From positions 43,548 to 107,547 of the forward strand of contig JAHFTW010000001.1 in the NCBI GenBank assembly GCA_023269235.1: 64,000 nucleotides of DNA, written 5' to 3'. This document shows positions 1-13,695 of the stretch, piece by piece; the first letter of the stretch is position 1, and every line of letters starts with the position of its first letter. Both the position numbers and the translations under genes were made by a program. The notes under the pieces are model-generated. The model was given only the letters and a program-made list of their open reading frames with translations, was not told where the DNA came from and did not search any database. The stretch comes from Thermoplasmata archaeon. Lineage in GTDB: Archaea; Thermoplasmatota; E2; JACPAO01; JAHFTW01.

Positions 1-1101
1 TCCAGCGACGACATGCTGTGGGTGGACCCTGACACCGACCGCGTCTTCGCGGATTTCATGACGGGCCTCTACTGCAGCAAACTGTTCTACAGCGACAACG
101 AGGGCGCGAGCTTCACACCGAGCCCCTTCGACTGCGGCGTCCCCGTCAACGACCACCAGAAGGTCATGACCGCGCACTACGGCCCCGACCTCCCCAAGCC
201 CTCGAATCCGATCTACCCGAACCTCGTGTACTACTGCTACAACAAACTCCTCGCCAGCGACTGCGCCATCAGCGTGGACGGCGGCCTGACGTTCCAGTAC
301 GACCGCCCGACCACCATCATCGACCAGGGCGGCGAAGGCGGCACGACCCCGGTGCTGATGGGCCCGTGCGGAGGCATCAACGGCCACCCCGCCGGTGCCC
401 CCGACGGCACGCTGTACCTCCCCATCAACAACGGCTGCCCCGGCCCCGTCGTCATGGTCACGACCAACAACGGTCTCACCTGGACCGTGCGCCAAGGCCC
501 GACCGCGCACGGCGCCGAGGAGATTGACCCCGAGATCACCGTCACGCCCGACGGCACGGCGTACATGCTCTACCGCGGCACCGACCACCTCGCTTACCTC
601 ACGCGCTCGCACGACCGTTTCGCCACCTGGGAAGGCCCTTGGCTCGTGAGCCCGCCCGACGTCCGCTCCACGGTCTTCGCCGGCCTCACCTCCGGCGACG
701 ACGGGCGCATCGCGTTCAGCTTCCTCGGCACGCGCGACTCCGCGGAGGATCCGTCCAACGCCCCGAACGCGACGCACTGGAACCTCTACTACGGCACCTC
801 CCTGGAGGCCGAGGCGGAGCGCCCCCTGTTCCGCGTCGTGCAGGCCAACGCCGACCTGGACCCGGTGCAGATCGGCTGCGTCTGGCTCGGCGGCGGCGGG
901 AACCCGTGCCGCAACATGCTGGACTTCATCGACATGGCGCGCACCCCCGAGGGGCGGCCCGTCGTCGTCTTCTCCGACGGCTGCACCGCAACCTGCGACG
1001 GCAACGCGACCGCGACGAACCTGAACTCGCGCGGCCGCACAGTCACCATCGCGGTGCTCGACCAGGGGCCCTCGCTCGTGGCGGCGACTGGGCGCTACTG
1101 A
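1..1101 (+). CDS. BNR/Asp-box repeat protein (sialidase-like glycosyl hydrolase fold), 5'-partial
   Basis: Frame is open to base 1. Repeated Asp-box-like motifs (SVDGGLTF, TTNNGLTW, SDNEGASF) typical of BNR repeats. Confidence 0.55.
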   Translation, partial: SSDDMLWVDPDTDRVFADFMTGLYCSKLFYSDNEGASFTPSPFDCGVPVNDHQKVMTAHYGPDLPKPSNPIYPNLVYYCYNKLLASDCAISVDGGLTFQYDRPTTIIDQGGEGGTTPVLMGPCGGINGHPAGAPDGTLYLPINNGCPGPVVMVTTNNGLTWTVRQGPTAHGAEEIDPEITVTPDGTAYMLYRGTDHLAYLTRSHDRFATWEGPWLVSPPDVRSTVFAGLTSGDDGRIAFSFLGTRDSAEDPSNAPNATHWNLYYGTSLEAEAERPLFRVVQANADLDPVQIGCVWLGGGGNPCRNMLDFIDMARTPEGRPVVVFSDGCTATCDGNATATNLNSRGRTVTIAVLDQGPSLVAATGRY

Positions 1102-1859
1102 GGTGGCTGCGGCGGCTGCGGGGGCATCTGCCCCGCGGCTTCGGCGGCGGCCAGCCTGGCCTTCTCTTTCCGGTGCCCGACGTAGCCGAGCGTGAGCGCG
1201 ATGGCGGTCACGGTGAGGCTGAAGCCGACGGGGAGCCACCAGGGCCAGCGCAGCTCCTCGCGGAAGACGAAGGAGTAGAGGACCGTCCACCCGGCGGCCG
1301 TGACGAAGACGGCGCCCGTGACCGCGGTGATGATCTGGCGCGGGCGCAGGCCGGTGATGCGGCCGATGGCGATGCCCAGGAGCGGCGAGTTGAACGCGAA
1401 GGGGACGATGAGGTAGAGGAACAATCCCCACGGGCCATACTTGTCAATCTTCTTGCGGTGCTTCGCGGCGCGCAGTTGCGCGGAGCGCACGAAACTGGAG
1501 AAGTAGCCCTTGCCGCGCTCGACGCCGTCGAAGGCCATGTGCACGAACGGGTACGCGAAGAAGACCGCGGCGAGGTCGGTCGTGAAGAGGAAGGCGCCAA
1601 TCAGCCACGGGTTGCCGCCGGCGGCGATGCCGGTCGGGATGCCCGCCTCCTTGCCGGCCGCGAAGAGCGTGCCGACGGCGAAGAGCATGGGGCCGAGCTG
1701 GCCCTGGGCCTTCCAGAACGCGCCCGCGAGCATCGCGGCGGAAAGGAGCGCCGCGCAGGAGGCCGCGACGGGGAGCCACTTCACGGCGGGCGGGAGCGGT
1801 GGCCGCGGCGGCTTGGCGGACGGGCTCGGGAGGTTGGGGGCGTGGGGGAGTTCGGTCAT
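1095..1859 (-). CDS. Polytopic membrane protein, unknown function
   Basis: Multiple hydrophobic helices. The first ATG follows a TTG listed in the ORF track. Lies 6 nt downstream of the TrmB stop, so probably co-transcribed. Confidence 0.55.
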   Translation of the reverse strand: MTELPHAPNLPSPSAKPPRPPLPPAVKWLPVAASCAALLSAAMLAGAFWKAQGQLGPMLFAVGTLFAAGKEAGIPTGIAAGGNPWLIGAFLFTTDLAAVFFAYPFVHMAFDGVERGKGYFSSFVRSAQLRAAKHRKKIDKYGPWGLFLYLIVPFAFNSPLLGIAIGRITGLRPRQIITAVTGAVFVTAAGWTVLYSFVFREELRWPWWLPVGFSLTVTAIALTLGYVGHRKEKARLAAAEAAGQMPPQPPQPPQ

Positions 1860-1865
1860 CAAGTC

Positions 1866-2747
1866 TCAAGGGGCGCGGACCTTCCCCACGAGGCGGGCGA
1901 GGCGGCGGCCGCCCCGGGTCCCTAGCACCTTGCGGAGCCAAGCCGGGTCGAGCCGTCCGTCGCGCCACAGCGTCTCGAACTTGCCTTCGAGGTCCTGGGC
2001 GAAGGCACGGTCGTCCAGGTGGACCACCGCGAAATAGCTAGTGGGTTCGAGCGGATTGCGCACGCCGAGCACGACGCGCTCGCCGTCCAGAAGGGAGAAC
2101 GGCAAGGTGTCGGTGGCGGTGAGGCGGACCTGGAGCCGGTCGCCGAGGTAGGGCAGGGTCGCCTCCAGGACCTGCTCGACATAGGGCGTCCCGAGGAGGT
2201 AGTCCACGTCCCTGCTGCGCAGCAGGATGCGGGTGCGCACGCCGCGGTCCACGGCCTGCCGGAAGGCGTCGAAGAGCGCCAGGTCGTCGTCGCGCAGGCG
2301 CTCGAACGTGAGGTAGGCGTCCACCTGCTTGCGTGCTTCGTGCGTCGCCTCGATGAGGAACTCGCGCGACGCGTCCTCGCCGAGCCGCACGCCGTACAAG
2401 GTCGAGCCTGGCACGGTCTGCGGCTGCAGGCGGGAGAGGTCAGCCTCCAGCTGCGCGGCCTGCTGGGAGAGCCCTTTCTCCTCCTCCTGGAGGCGGCGTT
2501 TTCCGGTGGCGAGGAGGCGCTGCGGGATGGACGCGGCGGGGGCGGCCGCGAAGAGCTGGGGGCGGCCGGCGCGGGCCGTGGCGAGGCCGCGCTCGACGAG
2601 GGCGTGGAGGGTGTCGTACACGCGGCCGAAGGGGATGCCGGCTTCGCGTGACAGGTCGGGGCCGCTGCGCTCGCCGTGGCGCAAAAGGTGGGCGAGCGCC
2701 TTGCTCTCGTATCCATTGAGTCCCAGGGCCTCGAGCCGGTCGAGCAT
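1866..2747 (-). CDS. trmB: TrmB-family transcriptional regulator (HTH plus C-terminal TrmB domain)
   Basis: N-terminus MLDRLEALGLNGYESKA... is the canonical TrmB wHTH start. The longer ORF (to 2765) begins with TTG. Divergent to the isoprenoid operon. Confidence 0.7.
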   Translation of the reverse strand: MLDRLEALGLNGYESKALAHLLRHGERSGPDLSREAGIPFGRVYDTLHALVERGLATARAGRPQLFAAAPAASIPQRLLATGKRRLQEEEKGLSQQAAQLEADLSRLQPQTVPGSTLYGVRLGEDASREFLIEATHEARKQVDAYLTFERLRDDDLALFDAFRQAVDRGVRTRILLRSRDVDYLLGTPYVEQVLEATLPYLGDRLQVRLTATDTLPFSLLDGERVVLGVRNPLEPTSYFAVVHLDDRAFAQDLEGKFETLWRDGRLDPAWLRKVLGTRGGRRLARLVGKVRAP

Positions 2748-2815
2748 GGATACAACCTCTTGCAAGTTGTGCCAAGTCGGGATGCTTCAAGAACCCCTCC
2801 TGTGTCGAAGCGGAC

Positions 2816-4174
2816 ATGGAACGGGGCCACGTCCGGGCCGTCCTGGGGCGCCACGCCCTGCCCGGGCCGGGCCACGCCTGGTCGGATGCCGACCCGACCC
2901 GTCTTCTCGATGCCTGGGTGCTCGACGACCCGCTCCAGGAGCTCCAGCGCGCCTCAGGCGAGTCCCGGCTGCGCGAGCTGGGCCACGACTACGCGGTGCT
3001 GTGGGCGCGCACGTTTCGCACCCTTGTGCGCCACCTGCGCGGCCGCCCCGAACGCGCCCTGAGCCTCTTCGTCGCCGAGGTGTACCCCTTCCTGCGCGGC
3101 GACCGGCTCGCCGCCCGCCTCGAGGAGGCCCGCCCTGGCGCGGCGCGCGTCAGCCTTGCGGGAGGCCTTCCGCCCGCCTACCTCGCCGGCCTCGTCGAGG
3201 GCTTCGTCAACCTCTCCGGCGCCGAGGCGCAGGCCACCGCGCTTCCGGCCCCCCTGGATGCCCCCGCCACGCTTGTCCAGGTCGCGTGGCGCCTGCGTCC
3301 CGCCGAGCGCCTGTCGCGCTTCGTCCAGCAGGCGGCGCTGCTGCGCTTGCCGCTCCTCTCCTGCGCACTGCTGGGCGCCCTGCTCGGCGTTGCTCTCGCC
3401 TTCCACCTCGCGGGCCCGCTGGAGCCGTGGCGCGTCGCCGCCGTCCTGGCGGGCGCCGTCGCCGTCCAGGTGGGCTCCAATGCGTGGCATGACCTCCACG
3501 CGCGCCATCCGGCGGGCATCCTCGGCGCGCCGCGCCTCGGCCGCCCGGCCCTCTGGCGCCTCGTCTGGGCTGGCTACCTCCCCGCCGCCATCCTCGGCGT
3601 GGCGCTCGCCTGGAACAACGTGGTCGTGCTCCTCTTCGCCTTCGCGGGCGTCGCGGTGAGCGTCCTCTTCGCCCGCTTCCGCGGCGCCGGCTGGGGCCCG
3701 GTCCTCGCGGGGCTCACCTACGGCCCGCTCCTCGCGGAGGGCGCGCTCCACGCGGTCCTCCCCGGCGCGCTGGACCACGTCGGCCATCTCGCCGCCGTCC
3801 TGTGGACCCTCCCCGTGGGCGCGCTCGCCGCCGCCATCCTCTACCTCGACGACCTCGCCGACCGGCCCCTCGACCAGGCGGGCGGCCACCGCACGCTTCT
3901 CGTCCGCCTGCCCCAGGCCGGCCACTGGCTTGGCCTCGCCTCGCTGCTCCTGCCCGCGACCGGCCTCCTCGCCGCCCTCGTGGCCCTCGCCGCGCCGGGC
4001 CCGCTCGCCCTCCTCGTCGCGAGCCTCGTGCTGGTCCTCGCCGCCGTCGCCATCCTCCTTCGGGTGCGCGGCCACCTCGACGACCCGCACGCCCTCTCCC
4101 CCGACCGCGTCGCCGCCGTCGCCCTCCACCTCGCCGCCTCCGCCGTCACGATCCTCGCCCTGGTGCATCCATGA
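2816..4174 (+). CDS. UbiA-superfamily prenyltransferase-like membrane protein with ~180-aa soluble N-terminal domain; first Asp-rich motif degenerate
   Basis: 7-8 TM helices. Second UbiA motif intact (YLDDLADRPLDQAGGHRTLLVRL, MenA-like). First motif position reads N-A-W-H-D-L-H-A-R instead of NDxxDxxxD. Stop overlaps the next start (ATGA). Confidence 0.6.
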   Translation: MERGHVRAVLGRHALPGPGHAWSDADPTRLLDAWVLDDPLQELQRASGESRLRELGHDYAVLWARTFRTLVRHLRGRPERALSLFVAEVYPFLRGDRLAARLEEARPGAARVSLAGGLPPAYLAGLVEGFVNLSGAEAQATALPAPLDAPATLVQVAWRLRPAERLSRFVQQAALLRLPLLSCALLGALLGVALAFHLAGPLEPWRVAAVLAGAVAVQVGSNAWHDLHARHPAGILGAPRLGRPALWRLVWAGYLPAAILGVALAWNNVVVLLFAFAGVAVSVLFARFRGAGWGPVLAGLTYGPLLAEGALHAVLPGALDHVGHLAAVLWTLPVGALAAAILYLDDLADRPLDQAGGHRTLLVRLPQAGHWLGLASLLLPATGLLAALVALAAPGPLALLVASLVLVLAAVAILLRVRGHLDDPHALSPDRVAAVALHLAASAVTILALVHP

Positions 4175-5139
4175 GCCACCCCGTCACCGCCGTCTTCCAG
4201 CCCGCGACCGTCGCCCTCCTCGCCGACGTGGAGAAGCGCCTCCTTGCCCAAGCGGCTAGCCGCGACGCGCGCCTCGCATCCTGGACCGCGCAGTCCCTGT
4301 CTGCCGGCGGCAAACGCGTCCGCCCGCTCTTGCTGCTCACCGCGTTCGAAGCATGTGGCGGCACCAGCCTGGGCCCGACCGCCCAGCATGACGCGGTGGA
4401 CTCCGCCGTCGCCTTGGAGCTCGTCCATACCGCGAGCCTGGTCCACGACGACATCATGGACGACGCGAGCGAGCGCCGCGGCAAGCCGAGCATCGTCGCC
4501 GCGCACGGCCGCGACGGCGCCATCCTGGTCGGCGACTACCTCTTCACGCAGGCCTTCGCGCTTGCCGCGACGCTCCCCAAGGAGGCGATGGCGATCACCG
4601 CTGACGCCTGCCGCCGCCTCTGCGAAGGACAGCTGCGCGAGCAGGAGCTTCTCGCGTCGGGCAAGCCCGACCGCGACGCGTACGTCGCTGTCATCCGCGA
4701 CAAGACTGCCGCCCTGCTCGCCGCCGGTTGCGCCATTGGAGCCACCATGGCGCGCGCCCCGGACGCGACGGTGCAGGCGCTCTCCCGCTACGGCGACGCC
4801 ATCGGCCACGCCTTCCAGGTCCTCGACGACCTGCTCGACGTCGCGGGCGACCCCGCGTGGACCGGCAAGCCCGCCGGCACCGACTTCGTGGCGGGGACGA
4901 TGACGAGCCCGTACCTCAACTTCCTCGAACGCGGCGGCCGCCTGCCCGCGCGCCGCGACCCGGCCGGCTTCGCGACAGTGCGCGAGCAGCTCTTCGAGTC
5001 CGGCGCCGTCGCCGCGAGCCAGCTGGAGGCCTCCGCGTACACGCAGGCTGCGCTCCTTGAGCTGGCTGTACTCCCCGCGTCGCCGGCCCGTGACAGCCTG
5101 GAGAAGCTCGCGGAGCTTCTGATGGAGCGGGCAGCGTGA
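4171..5139 (+). CDS. trans-polyprenyl diphosphate synthase (IspA/IdsA family)
   Basis: FARM/SARM motifs: LVHDDIMDDASERRGKP and FQVLDDLLDVAGD. Start chosen at MSHPVTAV. The longer ORF from 3802 is an Arg/Pro-rich out-of-frame overlap of the upstream gene. Confidence 0.85.
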   Translation: MSHPVTAVFQPATVALLADVEKRLLAQAASRDARLASWTAQSLSAGGKRVRPLLLLTAFEACGGTSLGPTAQHDAVDSAVALELVHTASLVHDDIMDDASERRGKPSIVAAHGRDGAILVGDYLFTQAFALAATLPKEAMAITADACRRLCEGQLREQELLASGKPDRDAYVAVIRDKTAALLAAGCAIGATMARAPDATVQALSRYGDAIGHAFQVLDDLLDVAGDPAWTGKPAGTDFVAGTMTSPYLNFLERGGRLPARRDPAGFATVREQLFESGAVAASQLEASAYTQAALLELAVLPASPARDSLEKLAELLMERAA

Positions 5140-7826
5140 GCCGCGAGGCCCGCGTCCCATCCGCCCCCGCCCCCACGCCCAAGGAACCCCGCTCGCCCGT
5201 CTGGCTGCGCGAGGCGCTCGGCCGCATCAGTCGCGGCTCCGCGCGCCACCGCGTCGCCGTGCTCTCGCTGAGCGCCCTCGCGGTCGTCCTGCTCAGCTTC
5301 GGGCTGCCGCAGCTCCGGTTCGAGGACAACCCGGTGGACGCGATGCCCACGGGCGACCCGAACACGCTCGCCGCGCTCAACCTCACCCACACCTTCCCGG
5401 GCGCGGCGTACGCAAGCCCCGTCTTCGTCGGAGTGGACCCCGCGAAATGGGCCGCCGCCGACGCCAAGCTTCCCAACCGCGTCCCCCTGGGCCGAATCCC
5501 TGGGGCGCAGGGGACGCCGGCGGCCAACGACCTCGTGGGTCTGCTGAACCAACTTCTCGGCATGGGGCAGAACCCGTCCGGCGGCGAGACGCCCAAAGGC
5601 CCGGAGCCGGTGCCTGGCGCGCTCAACATCACGGACGAAGTGTACATGCGAGGGCAGAACGAACTGTTGGGCTACCTCCAGGCCCGCGTGCCGGAGCTGA
5701 AGTGGGCCATCACGCTCGAGTCGCAAGTCCGGCTCGTCAACTACACGAACACAGGCGTTCCTGGCCCCGGCGTCGGCCCCACCGCGAAGCCGCTCCGGTT
5801 CCCCGACAGCGCCGCGTTCGCCATGCCGGGAACCGACTTGCAAGGCGAGCAGCAGTACGCCGCCGACTGGACGGGCTACTTCGTCGCCTCGCCCGCGTCG
5901 GTGCGCTCCATCGTCAGCAAGGACTGGTCCAGCACGCGCCTCGCGTACCTCTTCGAGCCGGACGGCAAGTCGCTCGCCGAGGTCGGCCAGTCCTTCCACG
6001 ACGCCGTGGAGTCCTACAAGGCGGAGGTCGCGCGCTGCGATGCCGGCGCGTCGTGCAGCCTGGCCTGGAACGTCTTCGAGCGCGACTCCATCCTCGTGGA
6101 TGCCCGTGCGCCCACCGCCGCCGCTGCCCATTTGTCGGAGACCACCAAGCAGGACGTCTTCCTCCTCGCCCCCATCGCCGCCCTGTTCGTCGGCGCGTGT
6201 CTCCTCCTGCAGTTCCGCCGCCCCGGCACGGTCGCCGCGATGGTCATTCCGCTCGGCCTCTCCGGCCTTGGCGTGCTTGGCGCCTTCGGCCTGCTCGGCC
6301 TGCGCATCCAGTCCGCGAGCCTGCTGGTGTTCCCGGTCCTCATCGGCACCGGCATCGACTTCGGCATCCACATGGCGGCCGCGTTCCACAACGCGCGCCG
6401 TGACGGCGCCGACCGGTTCGAGGCGAGCTTCGCCGCCGGCCAGCACGCGGGCCGCCCGCTCCTCATCGCCACCGTCACGACCCTGGTGGACATGCTGTTC
6501 CTCATCCTCGCGCCCAACCAGCTCCTGCGCGAGCTGGGCTTCGCCATCCTGCTCGGCCTCACGCTCATGCTGGTCGTGAGCCTCACCGCGCTCCCCGCCG
6601 CGCTCAGCTTCTGCGCGACCCCCCGGCGGCGGGAGGCGCCGCTCGACCGCGTCCTTGTGCGCGGCGCGCGGTTCTGGGGCACGCACCGCGTCTTCGGCGG
6701 GGCCGTCGTGCTCGCGACCGCCGCGGCCGGCATCCTTCTCCTGCCGCAGCTCAACACGCTCGTCATCGGCACCCCCGCCGCGTTCTTCCCCGCCGACGAC
6801 CCGCAGCGCCACGACTTCGAGGCCTCCAACGCGCGCTACTTCCGCTCGCAACAAGACTTGGTCACGAACGTCCTCGTCTTCGAGGGCGACCTGACGACGC
6901 CGGCCGCCATGGACGAGCTCCTCGACATGGAGCAGACGGTGAAACGGCTCGACTTCGTGCGGCCCGATTCCGCGGTCTCGGTCCATTTCGCCATGAACGC
7001 CTGGATCCAGGTCCGCCAAGGGACCGCCGGCGTCGCCCCGGTCCTCGCGCAGGAGGCGCTCGCCCCGGGAAGCACGTTCCCGCACACGCAGGCCGACATC
7101 AAGGCCGTCCTCGACGAGATGTTCCAGACGCCGCTCGCCAACTACATGTCCTTCTTCATCGCGAAGGACCGCTACGACATCGGCGTCATGCTCGTCGAGA
7201 TCGACCAGCCGTCCGACTTCAACGCCCTGACGCCGCAGTGGGACGCGCTGCAGAAGACCCTCGCTGACGTGCAGGCGCGCCACCCCGACGCCCACCTGCG
7301 CGTCCATGTGTCCGGCGCGAGCGCCATCGCCTACCTCTTCACCGCGCGTGAGCTCCCCTACCTGCAGATCGCCGGCTACATCGGCATCGCCGCGACGGGC
7401 CTGCAGATTCTCCTGTTCCGGCGCTCGCTCCGGGAAGCCCTCATCGTGAGCGCCTGCGTCCTCGTCGCCGGGGCGTGGTGGGGCGGCCTGCTGGCCCTCT
7501 CCGCCATCCCGCTCTCCATCGCGCTCGTCGTGCCGCTCGTCATCCTCGAGGCCATCGGGTCCGACTACACGATGCACCAGCTCTTCGCCATCGCGGAGGA
7601 AGGCCCGCGCGCCTGGGACACCGTGGGCCGCGCCATCGTCTATTCCGCCATCACGGACCTGGGCGCGTTCCTGGTCTTCGCGTTCATGCGCTACGGCCTC
7701 CTGCGCCAGGCCGCCCTCGCCACCGCCTACGTCCTCTTCTGCGCGCTCGTCGCGACGCTGGTCCTCGTGCCCGTGCTCTCGCGCCGCAAGGAACTTCCCC
7801 CCGCCCCCGCTGGAGCCCCAACATGA
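5136..7826 (+). CDS. MMPL/RND-superfamily (SSD) membrane transporter, predicted lipid exporter
   Basis: Two 6-TM bundles, each preceded by a large extracytoplasmic loop; ~890 aa. Start overlaps the upstream stop (GTGA) and stop overlaps the downstream start (ATGA). Confidence 0.75.
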   Translation: MSREARVPSAPAPTPKEPRSPVWLREALGRISRGSARHRVAVLSLSALAVVLLSFGLPQLRFEDNPVDAMPTGDPNTLAALNLTHTFPGAAYASPVFVGVDPAKWAAADAKLPNRVPLGRIPGAQGTPAANDLVGLLNQLLGMGQNPSGGETPKGPEPVPGALNITDEVYMRGQNELLGYLQARVPELKWAITLESQVRLVNYTNTGVPGPGVGPTAKPLRFPDSAAFAMPGTDLQGEQQYAADWTGYFVASPASVRSIVSKDWSSTRLAYLFEPDGKSLAEVGQSFHDAVESYKAEVARCDAGASCSLAWNVFERDSILVDARAPTAAAAHLSETTKQDVFLLAPIAALFVGACLLLQFRRPGTVAAMVIPLGLSGLGVLGAFGLLGLRIQSASLLVFPVLIGTGIDFGIHMAAAFHNARRDGADRFEASFAAGQHAGRPLLIATVTTLVDMLFLILAPNQLLRELGFAILLGLTLMLVVSLTALPAALSFCATPRRREAPLDRVLVRGARFWGTHRVFGGAVVLATAAAGILLLPQLNTLVIGTPAAFFPADDPQRHDFEASNARYFRSQQDLVTNVLVFEGDLTTPAAMDELLDMEQTVKRLDFVRPDSAVSVHFAMNAWIQVRQGTAGVAPVLAQEALAPGSTFPHTQADIKAVLDEMFQTPLANYMSFFIAKDRYDIGVMLVEIDQPSDFNALTPQWDALQKTLADVQARHPDAHLRVHVSGASAIAYLFTARELPYLQIAGYIGIAATGLQILLFRRSLREALIVSACVLVAGAWWGGLLALSAIPLSIALVVPLVILEAIGSDYTMHQLFAIAEEGPRAWDTVGRAIVYSAITDLGAFLVFAFMRYGLLRQAALATAYVLFCALVATLVLVPVLSRRKELPPAPAGAPT

Positions 7827-9319
7827 CCCACCCGCAGACCGCCGCGACCGCACCCGCCTGGTTCGATGACACGCCCGAGCACCCCCTCCTCGTCCGCCAC
7901 CCGTCGGCACCGCTCATCGAGACGCGCGTGAGCAAGGTCATCAAGGGCACCCTCGACGGCATCTTCCAGCACTTCTGGGGCTCGGAGCCGCGCCTTCGCC
8001 TCGAGCTGCACAAGGACCACGTCAAGCAGTACCACATCCACCGCGAGACGCCCGACTCCTTGGAGTACGAGTTCGTCTTCGAAGCCTACGGCACCCGCAA
8101 CTGGGGCCTCGCCGTCGAGGTCGCGCAGCGCCCACACCGGATTGACGTCGAGGTCAAGCAGGGCCCCATCGCGGGGCAGACCGTCACCACGCTCTTCCGG
8201 GAGGTCCCGGGCGGCATCGAGGTCACGCAGGTCAACCGCGTCTGGCCCGGCGGCAACGAGCTCGCGGTCAAGATCATGGGCGGGAAGCTGAAGGCGCGCC
8301 TCGCCGCGCTCGCCGGCGTCCACCTCGAGCAGCACCGCCACGACATCGAGGGCCTCGAGCGTTTCGTGGACCGCTTCAGCCAGGAGCACCAGGAGAGGAT
8401 GGAGCACGCCAAGGTCAAGCCCGTCGTGGACCTCCTCAAGACGACGCGCGCCATCACGCTGCCCATCATCCTGCTCCCCGTCATAGCGGCCGCGGCGGTC
8501 GCGCACGGCCAGGGCGTCTTCGATGGCGCCGCGCTCGCCCTCACGCTGCTCGGCTCCGCCGCCGCCCTGCTGGGAGCCAACCTGCTCAACGACCTGTACG
8601 ACTTCAAGGGCGGCGCCGACCAGGCGGCCCGCACCATCCCAGGCGCCATCGAGACCGGCTCCGGCGCGTTCACCGAGGGCCGCTGGAGCCAGCGCAAGGG
8701 GTGGGCCATGACGGCCCTCCTCGCGCTCGTCGCGCTCGCCTGCGGCCTGGTCCTCGCGGCCACCTCGACGCCGCTCGTGCTCGCCTACGCGGTCGCCGGC
8801 GCCGTCATCTCGTACGTGTATGTCGGTCCGCCTTTCCCGCTGGCCTACAAAGGCCGCGGCCTCGGCGAGGCGTCCATCTTCCTCGCCTTCGGGGTGCTTC
8901 CCGTCGCGGGGGCCGTCCTCGCGCACGGCGGCGTCCTCACGCCCACGACGTGGGCGGTCGGCGTCCTGTTCGGGTTCACCAGCACGCTCGTGCTGTACCA
9001 CCACCACTTCCTGCACTGGCAGGCTGACCTCGCGGCCGGCAAGGGTTCCCCCGTCGCGCTGCTCGGCCCTGAGCGCGGCTCCTGGGTCGGCCTCGCGCTC
9101 GCGTTCTCCACGAGCATCGCGGTCGCGCTCTGCGTCCTTGCCGGCTTGGTCCCCGTCTGGAGCCTGCTCGCCGCGCTGCCGCCGTTCCTGCTCGTGGCGC
9201 CGCACGCGCGCATCCTCGACGGCGACCAGTCGCCTCCAGCGCGCACCAAGGTCGCGGGCGCGGCCTTCGGCGCGATGGCCCTGTCAGGGCTCGTCCTCGC
9301 CGTCACGCTCTGGTTCTAG
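7823..9319 (+). CDS. Fusion: N-terminal SRPBCC/Bet v1-like putative ligand-binding domain plus C-terminal MenA-like UbiA prenyltransferase
   Basis: C-terminal 8-TM domain with NDLYDFKGGAD (MenA-type first motif) and ADLAAGKGSPVALLG. The ~200-aa N-terminal soluble domain looks SRPBCC-like by eye. Confidence 0.65.
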   Translation: MTHPQTAATAPAWFDDTPEHPLLVRHPSAPLIETRVSKVIKGTLDGIFQHFWGSEPRLRLELHKDHVKQYHIHRETPDSLEYEFVFEAYGTRNWGLAVEVAQRPHRIDVEVKQGPIAGQTVTTLFREVPGGIEVTQVNRVWPGGNELAVKIMGGKLKARLAALAGVHLEQHRHDIEGLERFVDRFSQEHQERMEHAKVKPVVDLLKTTRAITLPIILLPVIAAAAVAHGQGVFDGAALALTLLGSAAALLGANLLNDLYDFKGGADQAARTIPGAIETGSGAFTEGRWSQRKGWAMTALLALVALACGLVLAATSTPLVLAYAVAGAVISYVYVGPPFPLAYKGRGLGEASIFLAFGVLPVAGAVLAHGGVLTPTTWAVGVLFGFTSTLVLYHHHFLHWQADLAAGKGSPVALLGPERGSWVGLALAFSTSIAVALCVLAGLVPVWSLLAALPPFLLVAPHARILDGDQSPPARTKVAGAAFGAMALSGLVLAVTLWF

Positions 9320-9325
9320 CGCGGT

Positions 9326-9666
9326 CTAGCGGCCGTTCGCGGCCCAGGCGGCGAGCGCCGCGCTCGCCTCGGCCCAGGACTGGTCAAGAGCGGCCAGCTG
9401 GTCCAGTTTTGGGAAAGCTCCGCCCCGAGCGGCCTGCTCGATGGCGAGCGCCTGCTCGCGCACACCCTCGAGGCCGAACTGCGCCGCGTTCCCTTTCAGG
9501 GTGTGGTACGCGCGCTGCAGGCTCGCGATGTCCTTCGCCTTCAGGGCGGCCCGGCCGCTCGCGAGCAGCGTGGGGCCTTCCGTGAGGAAGAGGTTGACCA
9601 GCTCCACGACGGCGGCGCGGTCATCGCCGAGGTCGGACAGGAGGGTGCGAAGGGCTTGGTCGGCGT

Positions 9667-9670
<4 letters not shown>
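9326..9670 (-). CDS. HPt (histidine phosphotransfer) domain protein
   Basis: YHTLKGNAAQFGL contains the HxxKG phosphoacceptor motif. Start ATG overlaps the HK stop (ATGA). Confidence 0.7.

Positions 9671-13695
<4,025 letters not shown>

Noticed and set aside
3802-4170. N-terminal 123-aa Arg/Pro-rich extension of the polyprenyl synthase ORF
   Set aside because: It overlaps the 3' end of the upstream UbiA gene in another frame. The conserved polyprenyl synthase fold begins at MSHPVTAV (4171), which overlaps the upstream stop as ATGA.
4788-7910. 1040-aa minus-strand ORF antisense to the MMPL transporter and polyprenyl synthase
   Set aside because: Arg/Gly/Glu/Asp-rich low-complexity translation typical of antisense frames in ~68% GC DNA, where stop codons are rare. 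It fully overlaps well-supported sense genes.
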